From Lama glama (Eukaryota), in assembly GCA_028534125.1 (NCBI GenBank), contig CM052816.1:76510001-76574000 (forward strand): a stretch of DNA of 64,000 nucleotides. Direction: 5' to 3'. The stretch's first letter is position 1. Each line of letters begins with the position of its first letter. Of this stretch, positions 13,597 to 23,914 are shown piece by piece. The position numbers and the translations under genes are program-made. The notes below the pieces were generated by a model. That model was not told the origin of the DNA. It was given only the letters and a program-made list of their open reading frames with translations, and ran no database searches.

Positions 13597-15381
13597 GAAC
13601 GCTTTTCAATCCAATCCCACCACCACCATCACATACCATCTCATATCAATTTGAATTCTAGATTAATTCATCTAGAATCAATCAGAATTTAAGTCATTTT
13701 TTCCCTGGGAATGATTTAGTGATGAATTTGGAAATCCTGCTTATTTGAAACTTGTCATTTATCTGTCCTGTTTTGGATAGATTTCTAATTCATTTTGTAA
13801 GCCAATGCTCTAGGAGTGTTGATTGTCTGAATTTCGAGAGCTTCTGCAAAACCTTTCTAGCTGTGAAGTGCTGTTATCTAAAGCAAACCCTGTAAATAAA
13901 AAAAAATCACTTAGTTTGTGGAGAAATGGAAATATGACTTTATACCTAAAGACTACCTCAACATTTTAAAATATTGAAATAACTATCTGAACATTTAATC
14001 TACATATTGTCAAATTTCTAGATATTGAAAACCTCCACAGTTGTTTGAGTTATCCTGTTTTTTTTCCCATATAACTTTCACATGAAATGATAGATCTGCC
14101 TAACATTAATATTAAATAATCAGTTTGGTCAGGGACTATTTGCTACAACAATAAATTATGCTATAGCAGCAGTGTGGGTTCTTTATGGAATTAAACGCAA
14201 ACAATTCAAGAACACAACTTGCGAAGTACACTTATCATCATAATTAAATGGCATCAAATTTTTGTCCAATTTGTTAATAACTATTTATGAAATTAAAAAA
14301 ATAACAAAAACAAAAATACCACTGAATTATTTTGTGTCCAGTGTATCCAGTAATACTGTTAGATTATAAAAACACACCCACAAAGTAATAATTGGCTAAA
14401 AAAAAATCCAATTATATTGATTTATTTCTTGCATTTTCACCTGTTTTCCAGACTCTTAGCAATAGCAAACATGTTTTCATTGCTTTTCTTTCATGATAGT
14501 ATGGCTTAAAATTCTATTCAAAATGCAAATTCTCCTGATACTTGAGATTTGAGGCGATATTAATTCAAAGACAAAGTTTTCCATTTAATTCAAAATTCCC
14601 CTTTATCCATTATCCTACAATCATTTTATGTGTGATTTTTAAAAAATATGATAAAAGAGAGATAAAAAAAATCAGTGTGTTTGTGAGACATTTTTGCCTA
14701 TCATTTGTCAACGTTTCATGGAAACGTTGCTTTCTATGGACTTTATTTCATGAAAACCACCATTATTGGTTGCTTTAAATTTTCTGTGCTTTGAAAGTTG
14801 TGCAGGTAGACCAAGTTCCATTCACTTCTATAGCTGGTAAAATGAAAAGTAAGATATTGTCCCTACCTGCTCCTACAGCTTTGAGGCATCATTCATATCA
14901 AAATCACTTCAGTTCAGTCACTTGAAGCAACAGTAAACTCCCTCTCATCTTTCCTATTTTCCTCCCCTTCTTACACTTTGGCCTCTTTCAAAGGAAGCCA
15001 TATTTACCTTTAATTCAGCTAATCCAAAATGATGCATTATCAAAATATTCTACTTGGGATAAAACTTCCACAAACTTACGTATTTCCAGGCATTTTAAGC
15101 CTTCGAGGTAACCACTGGGGCAGGTACTCGGTAGGAAGATAAGTAACCATGGGATATTCTTTCCAAACCACCTAATAGATTTAATTTTGATTCTCAGAGA
15201 ATGCCTAGGAGTGAGTAGCACACACAAAAAGAGATTTTTACAAACTAGAATGAGCAAACTATGTATACATGTTTCCTAGATTTTAAGATGAACTTCCATT
15301 CTCCTCAAAATTAACACAGACATGATTTTTTCATTAAGCTTTGTAGTACAGATTCTGCACAAATTATTTTGGAATTAGGCT

Positions 15382-15554
15382 CAGTGGTTCTCAGTCCTCA
15401 CTCTTCAGATTCACCTGTGAGCTTCTACAACTAGCAGAAGCCATGGTTTCATCCAAAGATTTAGTCTTATTGGTTTGGGGTGTTGTCTGGGTATCACCAT
15501 TTTTATTAAAGTTCAAGGCATGAGTGTGATGTGCAGCCAGGATTAAGAACCAAT
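15382..15554. mobile_element. MER5A-like hAT-Charlie element
   Basis: cagtggttctca...gatgtgcagccaggattaagaaccaatg with inverted termini. Confidence 0.8.
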
Positions 15555-15634
15555 GAGCTGGGCTAAAAATAACACTATCATATAGCATTTAATTCACCTC
15601 CAGAAACTCACCCAACCTCCATAATAGTGTCTAT

Positions 15635-16879
15635 TAAATATAAGACAAGACACCATAAACCTCCTTAAAGAAAACATAGGCAAACCATTCTCTGATATAA
15701 ATCTTAGCAATGTTCTCCTAGGGCAGTCTATTCAGGCAATAGAAATAAAAGCAAAAATTAACAAATGAGACCTAATTAAACTTACAAGCTTTTGCACAGC
15801 AAAGGAAACCATAAATAAAATGAAAAGACAACCTACAAACCAGAAGAAAATATTTGGAAATGATGCAACTGACAAGGGCTTAACCTCCAGAATATTCAAA
15901 CAGCTGATACAACTCAGTAACAGCAACAACAACAACAACAAAAAGCCCATCCAAAAATGGGCAGAAGACCTAAACAAGCAATTCTCCAAGGAAGACATAG
16001 AAATGGCCAATAGGCACATGAAAAAATCCTCAATATCTTTAATTATCAGAGAAATGCAAATCAAAACCACCATGAGGTATCACCTCATAGCAGCCAGAAT
16101 GGCTATCATTAAAAAGTACACAAATGATAAATGCTGGAGAGGGTGTGGAGAAAAGGGAATGTATTTTGGTGCATCCATTATGGAAAATGGTATGGAGATT
16201 CCTTAAAAAACTAAAAATAGACATCATATGATCCAGTAATCCCACTCCTGGGCATATATCTGGAGGAAACTCTACTTTGAAAAGACACATGTACCCAAAT
16301 GTTCATAGCAACGCTATTTACAATAACCAAGACATAGAAGCAGTCTAAATGCCCATCAGCAATGACTGGGTAAAGAAGAAGTGGTATGTTTATACTATGG
16401 AATACTACCCAGCCACAAAAAAAGAATTAAATATTGCCATTTGCAGCAACATGGATGGACCTGGAGCTGGTCATGCTAAGTGAAGTAAGCCAGAAAGAAA
16501 GAAAAATACCATGCGCTATCACTTATATGTGGGATCTTAAAAAAAAAAAGAAGACACTAATGAACTTATTTATAAAACAGAAACAGACTCATGGACACAG
16601 AAAACAAACGTATGGTTAGCAGAGGAAGGGAAATAGGGATAAATTAGGAGTTTGGGATTTGCAGATACTAACTACTATATATAAAATAGATAAACAACGA
16701 GGTCCTACTGTATAACACAGGGAACTATATTCAATACCTTGTTAATGGCCTTTAATGAAAAAAGAATATGAAAAGGAACTATATATGTATAAATGAATCT
16801 CTATGCTATACACCATAAAGTAACACAACATTGTAAATGGACTATACTTCAATAAATAGGGGTGTGTGTGTGTGTGTGT
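15635..16879 (+). mobile_element. Camelid/cetartiodactyl-type L1, 5'-truncated (ORF2 C-terminus + 3'UTR)
   Basis: ORF 15820-16206 encodes L1 ORF2 C-terminal motifs ([39 protein letters not shown]); AATAAA at ~16851; 11-bp TSD ATAGTGTCTAT at 15624-15634 and 16880-16890. Confidence 0.95.
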
Positions 16880-18279
16880 ATAGTGTCTATGTCACACTTG
16901 GCCAAATATTTTCTACTGAAAAATTAATATCAAATATTAAAGCATCCTTAAATGTTAAACATTGTTTATTAAATTATTTCATGGAAGCATTATTTCATAA
17001 TAATAATTCTGTTATTTCAGTGGAAGATAATGAATTCCTTCTGAAACCAGAAATATAGTCCTTCGAGTCAAGTGGGAACTGATTACAGAAATACAGATTA
17101 AAGAATATTACATTAAAATGATAGTAATATTTCTATGAGAATGATATTTTTGATTATATATACTGCATACTGTTTGATCTTTAAAATTAGTATAGCATGC
17201 TTTTAACAAAACAGCAAACAAGAAAACTCACAATTTGAAATGAAAGAGAAAGGAATAAGAAAAAGAGAGAAACTAGACAAAAAGTTGCTTGGATTACTCT
17301 GAGATATCAAAATTATAGCAGGTCTTGAAAGATGAATTTGTAAAAGGCTTAAGATAAAACTGATTCCGATTTCCTAAATGTGTTTGTAACAAGCTATACA
17401 ATTTCCTTGTCAACAATAATACTGATAAAACCTTTTGAGAGTACTGGAACTCTTAAAGGAAATGTATATTAAGACATCTACAGTTTTTTAGTTGCATTAT
17501 TTACAGTGGGAGATTCATAAGTGATGGATTAGTTTACACAGTCTAGTCCTCCAAATAAAAAGCAATTAAAATATATTTTTTGTTTAAGGATGTGAGAATT
17601 TACCACACTTGGAAAAAGACCTAGACAATTCTTCTATGACATTCTCTCATTCATATAAGTATTTATTCAGTATCAGCTAACTAACAATCGAGAAGTAAAT
17701 TATATGTTTCTATCATTCCCCCATTCTATCCTGCAGATGGAAAGACTCAACTTTGCATTTTTCTTCTCAAACTATATAGCATGTGGTTCTTTAACCAAAT
17801 CACCTCTAAATCACATTTTAACATTTATAAAGCTCTACACCAGATACAAAAGGGATGCAAAGGTGTGATGCACAAGTCTCTAGTAGCTTGGAATGCACTA
17901 TAGAAAAGACAAAACACACACGAAGTCTAACGGGAAGATATAACTTTATACATGGAACTCACAAGCAGGGCTTTCTGGCTCTGGTGATCAGGATTCTTGG
18001 AAGAGATCTGTACTAGATCTTGAAGATCCTGCCAATTTCAATAGTCAGAGATTGCACAGGGGAGGAAAAACATTCTAGTAGTAGAGCCATGAAAAGTAAC
18101 TTGGGTTCTGATGAATAGATTAGTTGGATTGCTGTGAAGAATTCATGAAAGTAAAGTTGGAAAAGTTCAAAGAAAATAGCCAGTGGGGAGACATGGTTAC
18201 CCAATCAAGGAATTTGAATTTTATTCATTGAAATGTGAGGAAATTTGTTTGAACAGGTTGGGATAGAGAGGCTCTAACG

Positions 18280-18770
18280 ACCTGGCTATTCTGTATCTTT
18301 GCTGACTTTATGTCCTACCAATTGTCACCAGATTTGTTCTGTTTCAGCCATATTGACCTTCTTGCTCTTTGTGAAATACAACAAGATTTTCCTGCCTCAG
18401 GGCCTTCTCACTTGCTGCTTAGCACATTATTACTGATGGGCTTTTCCCTCAGATCGTTGCTTAGCTGGGTCCTTCACTTCACTGTTTTACCTGCTCAACA
18501 TGCTCTTCAAATAGGAATAGATCAAAAATAGCACTTCCTACACCATCATCCTATACTTTGCTTTGGTATTCTTCATTTATTACCTAACATATTTCCTTCT
18601 CACACAGAGACACATACATTTTGTTGTTGTTGTTTATTTATCATCCATCTCCTCTACAAGAAGCTGAAAAATAAACTTCATGCAGCCTGGGTAGCACAGT
18701 TATACCTGTCATGTTTACTTCAGAACCTGTAACATGGGTGAAACAAATGTTCAAGTATTTATTAAAGAGT
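18280..18770 (+). mobile_element. L2 LINE 3' region fragments
   Basis: ttcctgcctcagggccttctcacttgctg and downstream L2-like terminus (tgttcaagtatttattaaa). Confidence 0.65.
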
Positions 18771-19201
18771 AACATCTTATCTAGTTAACTTACAAATAAT
18801 CAAAGCAGAATTTTAGGAAAATTGGCATATAATATAGGAATCTGTGACAACAATCTAGATAAGCATTAATGGATTGACCTAGAATGATCACCATGGAGAT
18901 AAAAAGAAGAAAAGAAATGGATGTAAAAGCTTGGTTTTACTCACTGAGCTCAGAATCCTTATCTGTTATACAAAGATTTTGAACTCTCATTATGCTCTCT
19001 CATATATTTCCAAAATGTGACTACAAAATATGTGGGTCCCAGTATTATCAGGAAATGTTGATTTCAGAACTGAAGGATAAGGAAAAGTTAAAAATGCCTC
19101 AGAATTTTACCATGGCAGCTTGGAAAATGTTGATGCTGTCCACAGCTAATAGGGCAGAAAAAGGAAGGGGAGTCAGAAAAAAGCCAGAGAAATAATGGAA
19201 A

Positions 19202-19701
19202 NNNNNNNNNNNNNNNNNNNNNNNNNNNNNNNNNNNNNNNNNNNNNNNNNNNNNNNNNNNNNNNNNNNNNNNNNNNNNNNNNNNNNNNNNNNNNNNNNNN
19301 NNNNNNNNNNNNNNNNNNNNNNNNNNNNNNNNNNNNNNNNNNNNNNNNNNNNNNNNNNNNNNNNNNNNNNNNNNNNNNNNNNNNNNNNNNNNNNNNNNNN
19401 NNNNNNNNNNNNNNNNNNNNNNNNNNNNNNNNNNNNNNNNNNNNNNNNNNNNNNNNNNNNNNNNNNNNNNNNNNNNNNNNNNNNNNNNNNNNNNNNNNNN
19501 NNNNNNNNNNNNNNNNNNNNNNNNNNNNNNNNNNNNNNNNNNNNNNNNNNNNNNNNNNNNNNNNNNNNNNNNNNNNNNNNNNNNNNNNNNNNNNNNNNNN
19601 NNNNNNNNNNNNNNNNNNNNNNNNNNNNNNNNNNNNNNNNNNNNNNNNNNNNNNNNNNNNNNNNNNNNNNNNNNNNNNNNNNNNNNNNNNNNNNNNNNNN
19701 N
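19202..19701. other. Assembly gap (500 N) with exact 199-bp duplicated flanks
   Basis: 19003-19201 is identical to 19702-19900. Confidence 0.98.
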
Positions 19702-20324
19702 TATATTTCCAAAATGTGACTACAAAATATGTGGGTCCCAGTATTATCAGGAAATGTTGATTTCAGAACTGAAGGATAAGGAAAAGTTAAAAATGCCTCA
19801 GAATTTTACCATGGCAGCTTGGAAAATGTTGATGCTGTCCACAGCTAATAGGGCAGAAAAAGGAAGGGGAGTCAGAAAAAAGCCAGAGAAATAATGGAAA
19901 AGGTATATAGACAAGGAGGCAGAGAAACCATACCAATCATTTATAAGAAAAAGGAGCCATTTCAAGAAGAGAGAAATGGTTAAAAGAATCTCACTGGGGA
20001 AGATGAGGCCTGAGATGGCGCCAGAGAAGATTCCTTTTATGAGGTTCCAAGTGCCTTCGGAAAGAGACATTTCATTCAAGTCAGTAGAGACAGCAAAAAC
20101 CAGACTGCAAAAGAAGTGAAGGCAGAGCTGCCCAGTCCTAACCTGGAAAGTCAATGAGCCAAACATGCAAGGAGAGAAATCTCGGGAAGAGAATTCCCCG
20201 TTGTGTGTTGCTCTTTCTCTTTCTTTTTCTTACTATTTTTATTTTCCTTAAATGAAAGACTTTGCATGTCTCAGGTCAGGAGAAAGAATCCAGCTGAGAG
20301 ATGTAGCCCCCAAATTCTTATACT

Positions 20325-21245
20325 AGAGATTCTAGGCATGCAATTAGAAAAGAAAAATAAATGAAAGATAAATATTGAAAAATAAGAAGGAAAATCATCG
20401 TTATTTACAGGCAACATGGTTGTACACAGTGATAATTCAAAGTCTCCCAACCCAAGCTACTCGGGCTAATAAATGAATTTAATGAGGTCACAAGATGCTG
20501 TCAGGAGATGATTTCTTCCTGGGTTTCTCATGTTTCTACCTGTCTTGCAAACAGGGACACTGACTTTGTTCTAGGCTATCTTTTTCAGGGATACATGTGT
20601 ATATGTGTATAGTGAACAGCCATGGATGACGGTGATAATGTCTCCCTCCAGAGCAAAGCATAGATTTGTTAACTACTCAGTATAGTAAAAATTATGCCTC
20701 CCTTAGGGCCAGAGTTCAGGCGGGCTTACCACTCATTATAAAAGAATCAGTTTCCTTAAGTGTGGGTTTCCTCTCCTACAGCACATCCTAATGCATGGGC
20801 AGGCATCTCTCGGTCCTCCTCTCTTTACCCTAAAGGAAGCAGAACTTGGGAAACCAAAGCAAAAGTAAGACTCTGAATACTGCTATTACTGTGAATAATG
20901 AGCTGTCATTTGTCTCTGACCCTGGTTTCCCATGCCTTCTGTCAACATCCATGAAACCTGTTCGGTTGCAAGTAGGGTAAAATCTCAGAGCTTTCAATGT
21001 TCTTGATAGGTAGGAGATACAATACACAGATATCAGCTATTTCAATATACTAGCAACAAACAATTAGGAAATAAATTAATAAATAATACATTTTAAATAA
21101 CATGAAAAGCGTAGTATAGTGATAAAGGTAACAAAATGTGTATGAGATTTTTATACTGAAAACTGAAAGAATATTGCTGATAGAAATTAAAGGCCTAAAT
21201 AAATGGAGATTCCATGCTTCTAGATACAAAAACGTCATTTTTCCC
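20325..21245 (+). mobile_element. Highly diverged L1 ORF2 (RT region) fragment, interrupted by an LTR
   Basis: Resembles the LEVLARAIRQEKEIK...LFADDM...KWKNIPCSW region on both sides of the 20499-21008 LTR. Confidence 0.7.
20499..21008 (+). mobile_element. ERVL-class solo LTR, MER76-like
   Basis: Starts TGTCAGGAGA; internal gacactgactttgttctaggctatcttttt and tgtctccctccagagcaaag; ends gcaagtagggtaaaatctcagagctttcaatgttcttgata. Confidence 0.7.
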
Positions 21246-22515
21246 CACTCTATTATTTGAATCTTGGTAGAAGAGAAGACAGAAATAGCCTATCCCTTCC
21301 ACAGAAGGCACCACCCCTTCCATCCCAGGAACACTGCCCTAATGGGGCCGTTAGCTGCTGCTTCAGAGATCCCAAGAGCATCTCAGGTCACAATAGTTCC
21401 CTATCTTTCCAGTGAATTCCCTTTCTGTTTTTAACAGCTGTAGTCAATTTCTAAAGAACTCTTCAGTATTTTAAAAAAGCAAAAAAAAAAAAAAACTCAA
21501 AGAATCAGGATTTGTTGGTATGCTGCTTTTGGTTGATTTTTTTTTTTAAGGAAATTTGTCACTGAAGAACAAGAACCACCAAACCTAGACCCAAGAGACG
21601 AAGAATGGCCACAAACCCAAGTGACTGGCCAAAGCCACCAGTTGGTGCTCAAAGCTCTTTCATCATCTGTAAAATGGTGTTAGTCCTGTCCGCTCACCTC
21701 ATGCCATCAGTGCTCAGACTAAACCTCAGGTACACGAGGGGTTTGCAGAGAAACTCACAGGCGCTGTGACTAGAGCAGCTGAATACACTAGAGATGGAAA
21801 TGGAATACCCCAGGCTTGTCACAAGATACATTTTTTAAAACCTTTGAAAAGGCAAGAATGGAAAGAACTGATAATTGGAAGCAGAAACTTCTGGAGTTAT
21901 ACCCCCATCCTTCCATTCAGTCGCTCATGAGTGAGGAGGGTATGATTTTGTCAGGATTCTGTGGGATGGTGCCTCCCAACACCTGCAGTGTTGCTCCATC
22001 AGTTAGAGATCATCTTTTTTCCTTCCTTTCTGGCCTGTCCCTTCAGGACTAGAAGACATTATTCTTCACATGCAATCCACTTTAAAAGTTTTAAAAGGAC
22101 AAAAAAATCATCTAGCTCCCAAAGGTGATTATAAGAGTAAGACCAAGAAATAGAACGGGCCTGCAATTTAAGAGAATGTGGAATTTATAAGACATCAAAC
22201 ACAAAAATAAACCCATCTAAATAGGGCCCCAGGGAGCTCCTTTTGTTCCTGTAGACTTTTCCACCCCAACCTCATAAAAATGTTTTGCACACACAACGGT
22301 TTGCAAAAACTAAAAAGATGCAAAGCTTCCAAACATGACAGATCCTCAGCTTAAGGAGGCTAATGACTGATTCACGTGAGCCTATTCCTGGAGGAGGCTG
22401 CTGTTGGCTCAGTGATAGCACCAGTTCAGTGCCCCAGCCTTCTGGACCAGAGGCTGATAGCAGGGCCTCCCTGAGCACGTGACTGGCTGGAGTAACTGAT
22501 TGGGGGGCAGAGAGC

Positions 22516-23758
22516 TTACTCCCTCTGCACATCCTCCAGTTGCTTCACTATCAAATCCTACTTCTGCTCCCCTAGCTTCTGATAGAACTGATGCATGGTG
22601 AGTTTTAACTGGATGAACTTACCCACCAAGATCAGATGGAGAATTCGAGGCTCCTTACACTTTTAGGTCTCCCCACAGGGCAACATCAGCTTGTTGTCCA
22701 GGAAGCAGCAATAGAGGAGCCACTCTTCCTCAAATGTACACAGATCCAGGAAGTTTTCCAAGTTGATCTAGACATAGCGGCCAGAGCTACAGTAGAGAAA
22801 GGGGATCTTCAATGCCTTCAACTCATTAATAATGTACCTGTGAGCTGCCTGCAGCTGGGAGGGGTTAGTGGGCAGATAGATTTTGTCAGTTTGTTCTCTG
22901 TTCTGGAGCAGCCAACACAGCTTGTGCTGGGCGATGCCAGAGATGCTGCAGAGGTAGCTGAAGGAGCTCACAGCAGAGCCCATCTCCTCATTGTTGGTAC
23001 ACAGAGCACCAAAGAGGAAGCCAGAGATGCCAACATCCTTACTGGTGCTTCAGATGACATGGGCTCTGTTGAGGCCAGGCAAACTTTCTGTGCCCGTGTT
23101 GATGGAAAATAAACACACCACCAAAAATTTGAGAATTATATTTTATTTGGTGGATTTTCTGAGGATGTAAGCCTGGAAGACAGCTGTTCAGATGGTTCTG
23201 AGGGACTGCTCAGAAGAGGTTAGGGATGAACCAAGATATATTGGAGTTTGCAACAAAAACCAGGCAGTCAGAACATCACGAGATTACTGTTAATTGAAGA
23301 AAACCAGACATCTCAAGTTGATGAATTTAGCGCTTTCCTATGTATGGGAAGTGGCAAGAGTCTGGGCTCACTGAAGTCATTTCTTTGATAAGCACCTTAA
23401 CTTTCCAGGGCCAGTCTCCTACTTTTCTCCATCTTGAATCCCCTCACAGCTGAGGACAGCTACAGTGGCTGCAGTGGCTGGATGGCTACAACATCCTTAG
23501 TTAGTGACATGCCAGGTGACATTTTTCATCCACACCCAGAACACTGTGGAATATAGTGTATTTTTCAAACACAGATAGCTTGTAAATCTCATCTATAATC
23601 ACATGTAGGTTATACTTCTTGGCAAATTCCAGGTATTCTTTCTATGATCTATTGAAAATGCTCCATCAGCTGGGTATGAATGCTCTGCTTTCCAAGACCC
23701 CGGCCCCTCCCCTCATCAGGCCACAGGGCATATGGAGAATGTCTGATAGGTGATTCAT
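22516..23758 (-). pseudogene. ACCSL: Processed pseudogene of ACCSL (1-aminocyclopropane-1-carboxylate synthase-like), internally deleted and LTR-interrupted
   Basis: Minus-strand translation: MNHLSDILHMPCGLMRG/(frameshift)GLGKQSIHTQLMEHFQ* then KEYLEFAKKYNLHVIIDEIYKLSVFEKYTIFHSVL|LTR|GTESLPGLNRAHVI*STSKDVGISGFLFGALCTNNEEMGSAVSSFSYLCSISGIAQHKLCWLLQNRE...YV*INLENFLDLCTFEEEWLLYCCFLDNKL...LIVKQLEDVQRE*. This matches human ACCSL as I recall it (MSHRSDTLPVPSGQRRGRVPRDHSIYTQLLE...; YLEFAKRYNLHVIIDEIY...WGTSKDFGISGFRFG...LIVKQLEDAMRE). No introns; multiple premature stops. Probable 5'UTR extends to ~23910 and 3'UTR below 22515. Confidence 0.93.
23097..23534 (-). mobile_element. ERV1 solo LTR, MER41-like (MER41_BT/camelid MER41 type)
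   Basis: TG...CA ends with imperfect inverted termini (TGTTGATGGAAAAT / ATTTTTCATCCACA); 4-bp TSD CCCG (23093-23096) / CCCA (23535-23538); AATAAA on the minus strand near 23143; removing the LTR and one TSD restores the ACCSL frame (HSVL-GTES). Confidence 0.88.
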
Positions 23759-23914
23759 ACTCTGGGTATTTGTATTGGCCTTTGTAGGCTGGCTGGAACT
23801 TTTACCTCTGTTTCAAATCATCTTTCCCTGGTCTAAAATCCTTATATGCCCGATGAAATCATCTTGGACGCTTAGGGCTCCGAGAAGTCTCCAACTCTTT
23901 CCTCCTGTCGCTAT

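Noticed and set aside
19173..19719. Long ORFs of 174-179 aa
   Set aside because: They consist of X residues from the N gap.
22636..23112. 158-aa plus-strand ORF that looks like a real gene
   Set aside because: It is the antisense shadow of the ACCSL retrocopy and ends inside the LTR; no independent protein similarity is evident.
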